A DNA stretch of 64,000 bases from Antechinus flavipes. Lineage: Eukaryota. Positions 36,521 to 49,599 of the stretch are shown piece after piece. The position numbers were made by a program, and so were the translations under genes. Each line of letters starts with the position of its first letter. The stretch's first letter is position 1. The stretch is from the NCBI RefSeq assembly GCF_016432865.1, contig NC_067403.1:79856001-79920000 (forward strand), written 5' to 3'. Under the pieces are notes generated by a model. It was given only the letters and a program-made list of their open reading frames with translations. It was not told the DNA's origin and ran no database searches.

Positions 36521-38864
36521 GAAGATAAAATTTTTAAATTTTCATGAGAAAAATCTGAATTGGACAAAAAGTATTTATTAACTGCCTACTGTGGGCAAGC
36601 ATTGTGCAAAATGCTATAAAATAGAACATTTATAAGCAAATCAATATATAACATTTACAAAGGAACCTATGGCATAAAGGGTTAAGTTTATCTCTGAGCA
36701 GTGTCCCACTTAGTGTCATAAAATGCCACTTGGATTTAGAAAAGATTTTTTTTAATTTTTGCCATTTTTTGAAGTTTATGTTCTTTTTTTTTTATAAAGC
36801 TTTTTATTTTCAAAACACATACATAGATAGTTTTCAACATTCACCCTTCCAAAACCTGGTGTTCCAAGTTTTTTCTTAAATTATCCTGTTGATCATTTCT
36901 TATTCAACCATTCTCCAATTGATGAGTAGCTATTCAGTCGTTAGAAAAGATTTTAGTGATTGTCTAGCTCAAACTCCACATTTTTCAGTTAGGGAAACAG
37001 TCCTTGTTCTTGACTGCCCCTCTATAAACCTGGTAGACCTCCATTAAATGACCTGGTACTCTCACACAGCAAGTACCACAAAAATCTCCATTTCCACCCC
37101 ACTTCCCAAAAAGCCAATCCTATTACCAATAAGACCTACCAACTATTCTTATGTTAGCAAAGATAGCAGTCCCAGGGTGTTCCTTTCAAGCTGGGATCTA
37201 TTCCCAGGAGCTGACATGAACTGACAAACAGAAGCATGACTGGGCTGAGCAGCAGCCGCACTTCCCATCATGAGAGGCCAGTCTGGTTTTGGCTCCACCT
37301 TGGGAGTTGCTATCTAGAAGTTCTGTCACTGGAACTAATGGGCCTTTTAGGTATAGCCTGGATCTAGCTTTAAGAAGTAAGGAGAAAAAACATGAATCAA
37401 AACTGGTGTTTCCTAGTGAGTCACCATGAGTCAAGCTTCAGAACCTCATAAGCAGGTAGAGGGCTTGGAAGCGTCCAGAGGAACAATGAAAAGGGCATTC
37501 CTATTATTGTGGCTTCAATCAGCTCAAAGCAGTTTAATGGTCATGAAAATCCCAAAAAGAGAGTGTATTCTCTGATTGCCCCAAAGATACACAAGAGTTG
37601 AAGATCAGCACTATGTGCCTAAATTCAATCCAATATGCTTCTGATCAGTCCAGATGTAGCCAATTGTAGACTTAAAGATTAAGGTAGCTAGCCCTAGAGT
37701 CAGCCCAAGCATCCTATGGAAGTCCTTTTCACTAAGAATGATCTGATACTTAACTAAGCTCCTCAACCAGTGTTCTGTGGAAAAGATTTATAGGATCATG
37801 GATCTAGATCTTGAAGAGGCCTTATAGGACATTGAGTCCAATCCCCCCCCCACTTCTTATTTTACATATGGGGGAAATTGAGGCTTTGAAAGACTGCCCA
37901 GGGTCATACAATAAGTAAATGTATGAGGAGGGATTAAAATTCAGCTCTTTCTGTCTTCAAGTCCAGCATTCTACACATTGTACCATCTAACTGGAATTGA
38001 GTTAGAACAGAAGGACAGGGTGTGGTCCATCTCTAGAAAAAATCCCTGAACTGTTAGGCAACTAACAGTATCCAGACAGATTGACCCAGCCCACTCATGG
38101 TTTATGAGTGGAGAGCTGTGAGATTTGGGTGAAATTCACCATTTTGCACTAAGTAGCAGAAAAAAAAATTTGGCTCTATCTCAGTTGCAATAAAGCTNNN
38201 NNNNNNNNNNNNNNNNNNNNNNNNNNNNNNNNNNNNNNNNNNNNNNNNNNNNNNNNNNNNNNNNNNNNNNNNNNNNNNNNNNNNNNNNNNNNNNNNNNNN
38301 NNNNNNNNNNNNNNNNNNNNNNNNNNNNNNNNNNNNNNNNNNNNNNNNNNNNNNNNNNNNNNNNNNNNNNNNNNNNNNNNNNNNNNNNNNCTCTTCTTAA
38401 TCTCATTTGTGTTACAGACTCTTTTGATAATCCAACGAAACCCGTGAACAGCTTCTCAGGATCACATTTTTAAATTTATGAAAGAAAATACAGAATTACA
38501 AAGGATTTGTTTTCAAATCATGTTTTAAAAAAAACAATTTCATGAACCATAAATTAAGAACCTTCTGGTTTAGAGGGGGGCAGCATCCAGATCCAGAAGT
38601 ATCAAAAACACCAAAGTGGAACAGTAAAACTCTATTATTTTTTTAAAAATTTTCCCAAGATCTTTGGTTATCAATCTCATGTCCCAAATAGTGATGATTC
38701 TGATATTAAACTATAGTTAGAAGTCATCTAAGTAAACAGAATGGGCATTTCTAGAATTTCTCAGAGAATCAAGAAAAGAAATTAAGTTTTAGCAGCTAGA
38801 TTTGATGTTCTTTTATAAAGATCAGGATGGTATTGAAAGATAATGTATCAAGAATAGGTCATAC

Positions 38865-41800
38865 ACAAGAGAGGTGAAACCAAGATGGAAATATAAAAGC
38901 AAGGAGTCATCTAAGTTGTCCCAAATACCACCCCCCAAAACAGCTTTAAAATAAAACTTCAAATTAATTCTGGAGAGGCAAAACCAACAAAAACTTGGGA
39001 AGAAAAAAATTTCCAATCCAAGATAATTTAGAAGGTCAGTAAGAAAGGTCTGTCTCACTGAGGTAGGAGTGGAGGGAAGTTCAGCTTAGATCATACCCTG
39101 GGAAGCCAGCAATAGGCTTGGGGTGACTGAATCTGTAGTGACAGTGGTAGCTCCCAGAACTCTCCTGGAGCCCACAAACATTCAGGCGGAGGTATAATTG
39201 GTCAGAAGGAGATTACATGAGACCCTTTACTGACAGTGGATTCAAGACATTATTGCATTTCCCATATGAGGTTCTGGATCACAGTCTGAGGGTAAAGAAC
39301 ACTAACCTGAGCAGGGACCTTGATCACAGTTGGGTGGCAGAAAAAAAGTTCATTAAGTCTCTCCAGGCCTCTTTGAAATCATTCTGCTGATTATTTCTTA
39401 TAGAATAATAATATTCCATAACATTCACATATCATAACTTATTCAGCCATTCTCCAACTGTTGGGCTTTTACTCAGTTTCCAGTTTCTTGCCACTACAAA
39501 AAGGGCTGCCACAAACATTTTTGCACATGTGGGTCCTTTTCCCTCCTTTATGATCTCTTTGGGATATAAGCCCAGTAAAAACATTACTGGGTCAAAGGGT
39601 ATGCACAGTTTGATAATCCTTTGATTAGAGTTCCAACTCGCTCTCCAGAATGGTTAGATCAGTTCACAACTCCACCAACAACGTATTAGTATCCCAGTTT
39701 TCCCACATCCCCTCCAACATTCATCATTATCTTTTCCAGTCATCCCCCAATCTGAGAGGTGTGCAGTGGTACCTCAGAGTTGTCTTAATTTGCATTTCTC
39801 TGATCAATGGTAATTTAGAGCATCTTAAGAAAATAATTCTTTAAAAATTAGAATTGAGTAAGTGAAAACTAACAACTCCATGAGAAATCAAGAAAAAACA
39901 AAATCAAAATCAAAAGAATGAATAAAAAAAGAAAATGTGAATTATCTCCTTAGAAAAACAAGTGATCTGGAAAATAGATCCAGGAGAGATAATTTAAGAA
40001 TCATTGGACTACTGGAAAGCTGTATTTTTTTAAGAGCTTGGACATAATATTTCAGGAAAATATTAAGGAAAGCTTCATTTATATCCTAGAATCAAAGGGT
40101 AAAATATAAATAAAAAGAATTCATCAATCACCTCCCGAAAGAGATCTCAAAATGAAAACTCCCAGAAACACTATAACTAAATTACAAAGCAACCAGGTCA
40201 AGGAGAAAATACTGCAAGCAACCAGAAACAATTCAAATATCATGGAGCCACAGTCAGAATTACAAAGGATTTAACAGTTTATTCATTAAAGGATCAGAGG
40301 GCTTGGTATATGATATTTCACAAGGCAAAGAAGTTAGAAATACAATCAAAAGTCACCTACCCAGCAAAACTGAATATAATCCTTCTAGAGAAAATGTGGA
40401 TATTCAATGAAATAGAGGATTTTCAAGAATTCCTAATGAAAAATCAGAGCTGAACAGGAAGTTTGACTCCAATGGATCTGATCATTATTAGGGCAGTTAG
40501 AAAAAGTATGTATAGACAGAACTATGAGGATGAGTTGAGTATGATAGGATGGTACCTTAAAAAGTAAAATTAAGAGGTAAGAAATAGGAATGCTCTGAGA
40601 GAAGGAAGAAGGGAAAGGTAGAATGGAGTAAATTATCTCACATGATAGAGCTTTGCTAGTGGAGGGGGATGTGGAGGGGACAATGCTTGAAACTTTATTC
40701 TTATCAGAATTGACTCAGAGGGAATGATATACACACGCCTACAGGGGAGTAGAAGAGGAAGAAGATAAGAAAAGTGGGGAGAAAAAAGAGTGGTGTTAGA
40801 GGGGAATTGATAGAAGAAAGGGCAGATTTGGGGAGATAATGGTCAGAAGCAAAACACTTTTGAGAAAAGACAATGTAGAAGGAGAGAGAGAAAGAAGAAT
40901 AAACAAGGGGAAAGTATGATGGAGGAAAAAAGACAGTAATCATAACTGTGAATGTGAATGAAATGACTTCATCCATAAAACAAAAACAGATAGCAAAGTG
41001 AACTAAAAAAACAGAATAAAAATTTGCTCAGGAAAAAATTTTATATCAAATTTCTCTAAGTCTTATTTCTCAAATACATAGAGAATTGAGTCAAATTTAT
41101 ATATAAAAAAATAAAAGTCATTCTTCAATTGATAAAGAGTCAAAGAATATGAACAGTGAGTTTTCAAAAGAAGAAATCAAAGCCATCTATGATCATATGA
41201 AAAAAATACTTTATATCAATACTGATTAGAGAAATTAAAATGAACATGGTTCTGAGGTACCACCTCATACCTATCATTTTGGCTATTATGACAGAAAATA
41301 AAAATTATAAATGTTGGAGGGGATATGAAAATTGAGACACTGATGCTCTGTTTGTGGAGTTGTGAACTGATCCAAACATTCTGGAGAGCAGTTTGGAACT
41401 ATGCTCAAAGGGAAATAAAACTCTAACCCAACAGCACCTCTACTGGGTCTGTACTCCACAAGTTTTCTGTGTTTTTTTGTTTTTTTTTTTTAAGAAGGGA
41501 AAGTACATATATGTACAAAAATATTTATAGCAGTGTTTTTTAGTGCTAGCAAAGAATTAGAAATTGAGGAGATGCCCATCAGTTGAGGAATGACTAACAA
41601 ACAAGTGATATAGGGTTTTGATGGAATAATTGTCCTATAAGAAATATGAGCAAAATGGAAAAACCTGAATTTTAGAAAAGTCTGATTACATGAACTTAAA
41701 ATGAAGTGAGAAGAGCCAAGAGAATGCTATACCCAGTGTCAGCAGTATTCTAACAATGATCAACTATGAATGATTAGCTATTGTCAGCAATATAATGATC

Positions 41801-42115
41801 TAAGATAATTCCAAAAGATTTATGATGAATAATGCTATCTATCTCCAGAGAAAGATCTAATGAAGTTTGAATGTAGATTGAAACCTACTTTTTTAACTTT
41901 ATTTTTTCTGGGAAGTTTTTTCAGTCTGTTTTTTCTTTCACAACATGACTAATATGGAAATATGTTTTGCATGACTGCACATGTATAACTTATATCAAAT
42001 TGCTTGATGTCTCAGGGAGGGGGAAGGGAGGAAAGAAAGGAAATAATTTGCAACTCAATTAAAAAAATAATGTTAATATGATTTTTACATGTAATTGGAA
42101 AAAATATTTAATAAG
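38865..42115 (+). mobile_element. L1-derived element with 5' UTR, ORF1 and internally deleted ORF2 (HAL1-like), interrupted by an antisense L1 piece
   Basis: 5' UTR-like start ..ggtgaaaccaagatgg. The ORF1 remnant at ~39930-40010 reads ENVNYLLRKTSDLENRSRRDNLRIIGLLES. The ORF2 endonuclease start (VIITVNVNEMTSSIKQKQIA, ~40930-41000) joins directly to late ORF2 and the 3' UTR. Confidence 0.8.
39360..39830 (-). mobile_element. Younger L1 ORF2 C-terminal fragment nested antisense in the HAL1-like element
   Basis: cagtttcttgccactacaaaaagggctgccacaaacatttttgcacatgtgggtcc..gtggtacctcagagttgtcttaatttgcatttctctgatc. Confidence 0.88.
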
Positions 42116-42419
42116 AATATGTTATGCTGGCTACATCCTTCCACAACTTGGGAGATACCAGTGCAGACTGAGATTCAGAGAATTAACTTGTCCATGATTA
42201 CACAGCTAATGTGAGAACCCAAGACTTCCTGATTCCAGGCACTTGAGCCTAAGACTTCATGATTCCAGGAACCACACTCCATGAAACTTAGTAATCTATA
42301 TTTCCTACTTCTCTGTGAGAAGACCTGGTCCAGAAAAGTATCAGTCCTTGATTTAAGAAGTCAATGGGTTAAGGAAATCTTAGCAGAAACTCTTGTGTTC
42401 AATTGTTACCGATTGTGCA

Positions 42420-42620
42420 AGGAAGATAGTTGTTTTTCCTTCAATCTTGAAGAGGACCACAACATCAAGGAGGTGATGACATGACATGCAAGTGAATTGG
42501 ATTTAAGAGAGGGACAGCTGTGCAAGGTCACCTGCCTCATCTTCTCATCTAGAGCCATCTGAGTCTAGTGGCTAGATATAGATCAGGAGGTAGCCCTGAA
42601 TACAATGGGAGACTTTTGGA
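42420..42620 (-). mobile_element. RTE-tailed SINE (WALLSI/RTESINE-like); second copy ~55915-56110
   Basis: gttgtttttccttcaatcttgaagaggaccacaacatca..atgcaagtgaattggatttaag; its end matches the 3' tail of the RTE at 60670. Confidence 0.65.
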
Positions 42621-42789
42621 CCCAGAAATCTCAATTTAAACCCCACACTAAAGTGTCCCTTTGGGCCTCATTTTTCTGATCTGCAAAATTGAAAGGTAGA
42701 CTAGATAATTTGTAATTTCTCCACAACCTTTTGATTCAAGAAATAAAACCCACAGATGATTTCCTCAAATTCATTTCAATCACCAGCTT

Positions 42790-43000
42790 TAATTTTTTTT
42801 CTTTTTTTTTTTGTATTATTAAAGCTTTTTCTTTTCGAAACATATGCATAGATAATTTTCACTCTTGCAAAACCTTGTATTCCAAATTTTTTCCCTCCCT
42901 TCTCTCCATCCCTTCCCTTAGGGGGCAAGAACTCCAATAAATGTTAAACATGTGCAATTCTTCTATACATATTTCCACAATTATCATGCTGCACACAGCC
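42790..43000 (-). mobile_element. L1 3' end (same family as ~36770-36875 and 62431-62861)
   Basis: aaagcttttt..aaacatatgcatagataattttc..cttgcaaaaccttgt. Confidence 0.85.
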
Positions 43001-43974
43001 TCAACTTCTTACTAAATCTTTATAATAAAAATATTGCTATGAAGGAACCAATGGGATAGCCAGTCTAAGTCTCATTTCTTCTCCTTCCTTTTACCAGCCT
43101 CTAGTAGAGTTGCTAATGAGCTGGTTCATGCCCCAAAACATGAAAGCCAGTGGAAAAAAGAGACCTTGGGGTCTCTACAAATGGAAAAATAAGTCATCCC
43201 CTTCCATCATAATTGATAATTTTCTATAACAATCCTAAGGGCAGTGCTTTGTGACCCTGTGTATCTAAAAAAGATATGTGATGGATGTGTAATGGGATGA
43301 GTGCAAGAAGAACCAAGATTTTTACTTACCAAAGGTGAGAATTTGAAGAATTCTAGAATGTGAAGTTTAAATAAGATTATATATTTAGAGCTCCAAGGGG
43401 ACCCAGAGGTCATCCAAGTTAACTTTTTCATTTTACAGGTAAAGAAACTGAGGCCCAAAGAAATTAAGAAATTTATACAAAGTCACACAGCTAGTAATGG
43501 GCAGGAGCTGAATTCAGATTCTTGATTCCAGATCTAGAACTCTTTCCCAACAACCAACTGCTTTACTAATGTGAGCTCCAATAAACTTTCCAAGTGCAAA
43601 TCCTAGGATCCCTTCAGGATAAGAACACTTCTTTCCTCACATAGACTGCCCTGGCAATCTCCACAGGCAGTAACCAAGAGGAGATTTGTTTTTATTTACC
43701 CAAGGGCAGGTGCAGCAAATACGGTCTATGGTCCACAGAGGAAGGCAATTGTGATCAATTCTGCTTCCCATGGTTACCGTCAAGGACACAAATCAATTGT
43801 TGCTCCTTGTGTGGAATACTGAAATGTCACATTCTGGCCTCCCTTTTAGGCACAAAGAAGATTTTTTTGTTTTTACAAACATTGATCAATGATGGATAGA
43901 AATTTCTAAGGACTACACATATATGCATATGCACAAACATACATTTATGTTATATATCTATGTATATCCCATTG

Positions 43975-44301
43975 GGGAAGGGAGAAAGAGAAAGGGAGGG
44001 AGGGAAAGAGGGATTAAAGGAAAGAGACACAGTAGAGTAGAGAGAGACAGAGACAAAGAGAAAGAGAGACAAGGAGAGAGAGACAGACAGAGAGATGGAG
44101 ATAGGAAAAGAAACAGAGAGAGGCAGAAAACACAGAGACAGAGAGATAGAGACAGAGATGGAGAAGAGACATAGAAACATAAAGACAGAGAGAGATGAAG
44201 AGACAGACAGACAAAGAAGAGATAGAGAGAGAAAGAGAGACCAAGAGATGGAGATGGAGAGAAAAACAGAAAAAGGACAGAGACAGAGAGAGGGAGAGAG
44301 A

Positions 44302-44369
<68 letters not shown>

Positions 44370-44412
44370 CAGAATCCAGAGAGACAAAAACAGAGAGAGA
44401 CAAAATCATTGA
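43975..44412. repeat. GA-rich tract with pure (GA)~31 core (44307-44368)
   Basis: Direct reading of the sequence. Confidence 0.95.
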
Positions 44413-45148
44413 CAGAGGAAGGAAGATGGAAAATGCTAGTCAAAATTATCTAAGTGTTCTAACTTTTGTGAGAAAATCTTCAATGTAAATACAATTCCTG
44501 ACTCTTAAAAAAATCCAACCAACATTGATTTTAAGGGTGGGGATGCAAATGAATCCTTCTACAAAGTTACAAGACCAATAAATACAGAGAGCTTCCCTCA
44601 AGTGTGGATTCCATTCCCTCTCCCCACACCAATCAGCTCCTTACTGAGAAGTCAACACAAACTCCCGTCTTCTCTCTGGTTCACTTAACAGACAACAAGT
44701 GACAAGCCCTATCTTTCTCATGGTGGGGGTCTCAGATCCCTTCAGTTTAAAAGTCACTTTGCTCCTAGTCTGTGTCAGCCTGCTGCCCCCTTCCTTTCCC
44801 CGAGCTGCACCAGGCTTTACAGGCTTCTTAATGTGCCCATTAAGACTGAGTAAATTATGGGGGCCCAGCCATTTCAAGAGTGGAGATCGTGCCAGGAGGG
44901 TCAGATATCCTGCCAGAGAAGAGCATGAGCAGACCGCAGAAGGGAGCACAGGAGAACGGAGGGTGCCCACAGGAGCCGGCAGCTGGAGCCCGCCCTTTCG
45001 CCCTCCCCCCCATGACCATTGAGAGATTTGCTCAGGTTTGCTGGGTGGTGCCCGCCCCCCCTCCCAGCAGAGTTCTGTAGCCTCAGGCACCCGGCTTGCC
45101 AGCCTCGCCTCCTGAACTATCAGACTCCAAAGGCAGCAGGTAACTTAC

Positions 45149-45227
45149 CCCGGTGTTTCCCAAGCAGCAGAGAGAAGATGAGAAGGAAGCCGGGAGCCCT
45201 CAAGTTACCTTGGCCCCTCTCAGGCAT
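45149..45227 (-). CDS. TMEM154: TMEM154 coding exon 1 (signal peptide MPERGQGNLRAPGFLLIFSLLLGKHR-G)
   Basis: ATG at 45227 in cacagcatcATGc (A at -3). The 79 nt encode a hydrophobic core (FLLIFSLLL) and end at the donor CGGG|GTAAGT (phase 1). The C-terminal RG matches the recalled end of the human TMEM154 leader (..PVGRG). It joins exon 2 in frame (G|GT = Gly). Confidence 0.85.
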
Positions 45228-45420
45228 GATGCTGTGTGGGGCTCCCAGCTCACAGGAGCCTGAACGTTTCCTGTTTCCTGCTGCTTTTTTGTCAGGGCTC
45301 ACTTTCTGAAGGAGATGTGTTTGAGGGTTTTTAGGAAGTGATGTAATTCTGTAGGAGCCTGTCAGACCAGCAAAGGATTGCAAAAGAGAAGCTTGCTATT
45401 CAAACAGCAGGGATTCAATC
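45228..45420 (-). promoter_or_regulatory. TMEM154 5' UTR / proximal promoter (no obvious TATA; ETS and C/EBP-type motifs)
   Basis: Lies immediately upstream of the ATG. Motifs: AGGAAGTG 45333-45340, TGATGTAAT 45339-45347, ATTGCAAAA 45377-45385, tandem AGGAAAC on the minus strand near 45267-45282, and TCACTTTC near 45299-45306. Weak CpG enrichment over 44660-45270. Confidence 0.55.
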
Positions 45421-45689
45421 AGCATGGCTTTCCCCTGAAAGATTTCTCAGGGTTTCTGGGAAAGGCTTCTCCCCTACACTACTGGGCTGCAGTGTCAGAG
45501 TTACAGAGGTTAGTCCCAGGCACCCTGCACCAGGCTCATGCTACCTTCTTGACCTGAACCATCCCCAGGGCTGGTAGCCCAGATTTCCTGAGCCCACTTT
45601 TCACCAAACTCAGCAACAAAATAGATAGGCAACATACATTTGAAACAGCAGTAATGTGGGGAAAAAAAAAAAAAAAACATTTGCTCCCC

Positions 45690-45950
45690 TCCAGTGAAGT
45701 GTATTGTTATATTCAGTCACTTCAGTCAAGTCCAACACTTCCTGACCCCATCTCGAGTTCTCTTGGTGAAGATACTTTGAGTCATCTGCCATTTCCTTCT
45801 CCAGCTCATTTGACAAAAGAGGAAACTGAGACAAACAGGGTTAAGTGACTTGTCCAGAATCACACAGCTAGTAAGTATCTGAGGCCGGATTTGAACTCAT
45901 AAAAATGATGGATCTTTCTGTCTTCAGGCTTGGTGCTCTATCCACTGCAT
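45690..45950 (-). mobile_element. Mar1-like CORE-SINE upstream of the promoter
   Basis: ttggtgaagatactttgagtcatctgccatttccttctccagctcatttgacaaaagaggaaactgagacaaacagggttaagtgacttg. Confidence 0.85.
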
Positions 45951-46869
45951 CAGCCTGTGTGACCTTAACAAGTCAATTCTGCCTCAGTTTCTCCATTTAT
46001 AAAGTGAAGGATTTGGACTAGATAGATTCTAAAGTTCCTTTCAGTTTCATATCCATAATCTTATGAAGCTCATGTGTGTTGGTGGCTCTTGGGTACCTCT
46101 TAATAGAATTTTATTCTCTTAGTAGGTCCTACTAATTTACATTGAGAATTACTTTTCCAGAGAGAATCCATGGGGGGAGGAGGGAGGGAGCTGGGAGGAA
46201 AGAGATTCAGAATTCTCCTTTCTTCCATTTTAGCTGAAAGTTTATTTCTCAAACCCTGTCAACCTCCAAATGAGACTGGATTAAAACCCCAATCAATTTG
46301 ATTTATGTGGCAAGGGTTCTCTCCCACATGTAGAATGGGAATGTCATTGTGTGGCTCAAAGAGAAACAGAATAAACATCTGTAGTCTCTTCTCTCTCTAC
46401 TTTTCTCCACTTTGGTGAGAATTACATAATAAATCTGAAGAGTGTGATTTCCAAATTCAAGCTAACTTCTGATTAGTTTAGGGAGAAGAAGGAAACTTCT
46501 CCATTATCACCAAAGTTTGAACCTTTCCCACCAGAGCCACAATGAACACAAACAGTGATTATCAAAAAAACCAATTTATCCAATTCAATAGCAAAATGGA
46601 AAGCAGAAAACATATACACAGGAGAATATAGACCAGATGATACAATGAAAAGATTCTCCTGTCTTCCAGTCTCCAGACACTGGAGTTATATTCTATCGGT
46701 ACCTATCTGGATTTGGGCAGGAGATAAGAGTCAAGGGCTAGGAAAACAAAGGTGGAGGCTTCAGTTTCTTCATTTTTACTAAAATTCCTTAAGATCTGCT
46801 AATGCATTCACTCAAAAATGTTTGTGTTGAGAGACAGGCAAACAGAGAAAGACTGATTGATATTCACGT

Positions 46870-47290
46870 GTCACTCTCACCCTCAATGCTTTCCCTTCTA
46901 CCTTCCAACCACATGCCCATCAAACTGTCTTTATTTTTTCCATTAGTAAGATTTTTCCCTCCAGCCTCTCTGCCCTCTCACAGGCATTTTCACTCATGCT
47001 TGAGGTATTCTCCCTCCTCCCTACCTCTTAGAATCCCCAGTTCCCTTCCAAGTTCAACTCAGCTGTCACCTTATAAGAAGTCTGTCCTGCTTTCCCCATT
47101 CTTGGTGCTCTATGCTCCCCCAACCTCCACTTGAAATTACTTTCCATTTATTTTGTTTTAAATTATATGTACATGTTGGTTTCCTTCCCACTCCCCAAGA
47201 ATATAAACTACAAGGGCAAGTAATTTTTCTTTGCATCCCAGAACTTAACACATAATAGTAGGTGATGAATAAATGCTTGCTAACTTCATT
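46870..47290 (+). mobile_element. L2 3' fragment
   Basis: ..ccttccaagttcaactcag..aagaatataaactacaagggcaag..cagaacttaacacataatagtaggtgatgaataaatgcttg. Confidence 0.7.
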
Positions 47291-49439
47291 ATAAAGTACT
47301 TGTGAAGTCAGCATTTTCTAGAACTCTGCTTGGTGTAAAATCAAAGTCTTACCTGTTATTCTTCCATCCTAAGTTTAATTCGTTTTTTCTTAGCTCACTA
47401 CTACTGCATTAGTCACTGTTTATCACAATGTTCATCGCCAAGAAATAGGTTGATGAGTAATGGAATGAAAAGTTTGTTAATGTATTTATAACATGCACGT
47501 TGATGTTTTGACCTAGCACCATCCCTTGATAAAATATGTTTGCCTAACATGACAGCTAAAAAATAGCAAAAAATAAATGGATAAGTAACAACAGAATGGG
47601 GAAAAAAAGATATTCAAGGCAATAACTGTCAGCCCTTCCCCAAGCAAAGTTCTTACAGACACTAGATCTCTTGCTCAAATATCCATCAACTTTGTATTTA
47701 ATTCCCATCCTACAGTTCCTTACATTTTTATGCAAAGTATAATAAAGTCAAGTACCTTATGATTTCTCTGGACTTTTTCAAGTAAATGAGCACTGTTATC
47801 CTATTTTCTCAAATGAAAAAACCAAGTTTCACCTCCTGGTGAAGTTTCTTGCCCAGGGGGTTAGAACATGGATTTTGGATTCCCTCTGTTTCTCCATTAT
47901 TGACACAGTCAGGAACTAGGCAGACCATTCAGAGCAAGAGCCGCCAGTAATATGTATGGTGACTGCTGGTATCAAATGCTCCGGGACACAGCAATAATAA
48001 ATCAATTAGAAATCTACAAAATGAACCGAGGCAGCTGGGAAATCCTGTGTGGCATAGTCATTTTCTTTTGACCCTATGCGCTGGAAGGCCTTTAGTGCGA
48101 TTAAGCTTATCTTAAAGTGAAGAAAATTACTACTATTGATCGGAAAATTATAGCACCTCAGTGATCTCTCAGCTGCAGTGAAACTCACAGAGAGACTGGG
48201 CTTTCGGTGAAGTGCTATTCTGGGCTGTTTGTTCCACTTTTCTTAGCCATTAATTTCATGAAATGACCCCCTGTTCTCATATTCAATTCTGATCTGCTCA
48301 TGGGAGGAAGTCAATGCCTCCTCCAAAGCCACAAAGAATGAGAAAGCTTCAGGGATTAATGGCATCCTGGTCTCAAAGTTTCAAGCTCTGAGGAGAATAG
48401 TTGGATAGCTGCCTACCAAGGCTCTCTCTCAACAGGAGCTTAGAAAACGCAGTGAGCTTTGGAAGATGCTGTTTTCATCTTCAAGAAGAAAGGCTAACAG
48501 GGACAGCTGGGAGATGCAGTGATAGAGCAGTCAGGAGTAACTAAGTTCAAATGCAGCCTCAGATACTTGATGCTTACCAAGTACTTTACCTCAACTGCNN
48601 NNNNNNNNNNNNNNNNNNNNNNNNNNNNNNNNNNNNNNNNNNNNNNNNNNNNNNNNNNNNNNNNNNNNNNNNNNNNNNNNNNNNNNNNNNNNNNNNNNNN
48701 NNNNNNNNNNNNNNNNNNNNNNNNNNNNNNNNNNNNNNNNNNNNNNNNNNNNNNNNNNNNNNNNNNNNNNNNNNNNNNNNNNNNNNNNNNNNNNNNNNNN
48801 NNNNNNNNNNNNNNNNNNNNNNNNNNNNNNNNNNNNNNNNNNNNNNNNNNNNNNNNNNNNNNNNNNNNNNNNNNNNNNNNNNNNNNNNNNNNNNNNNNNN
48901 NNNNNNNNNNNNNNNNNNNNNNNNNNNNNNNNNNNNNNNNNNNNNNNNNCTGATGTGGTTTATCAACTTCCTAGAACATGATTTTGGTCAATTGAACTAA
49001 GCACTTGCTCAATTATCTGGTTTCTCATTATTGATTTCTTCTGCCATAGGTTATCTTTGCTTTGTTCATATTCTTAATCCTTTATGAGGCAATGTAACCC
49101 TTAGCCCATGACACTTTTGATTCATGGCAAACAAAAATTAATTGAGAAAAGTATAGTAAAAGTAAGGAACAGCAAGCACAGATAGTATAGCATGCATAAA
49201 GACATCATCTCCTCTCCTCTCTAAGGCTAATTGCCTCAACAGGAGGGGAGAAATGAATAGCTCAGCTTCCTTTTTATCCTTTTTTCTCTCTTTACCAAAA
49301 AAGTTTGGAACATGATAAACATATAACTAAAAAGTGTGGACTACAACCTAGAATCAATCTTCTAGCAAATGTAAGCATTCTAATTTGAAAACAGATTACA
49401 GGTGTAGAGCTATAAGGAATCTTAGAGATCATCACTATT

Positions 49440-49475
<36 letters not shown>

Positions 49476-49599
49476 CTATTTTTACAGAGGAGGAAATTAA
49501 ATTCAGGAAAGTTAAGTGACTTGTCCTGGTGATGCAGTCAGTAAATGATAGTCAGGATTTGAATCCAAGACCTATAATTCTAGGTCTGTTTCCTTAGCT

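Noticed and set aside
44641-45309. Overlapping GC-rich ORFs of 66-149 aa around exon 1
   Set aside because: No recognisable domains; explained by stop-codon scarcity in the GC-rich promoter/first-intron DNA.
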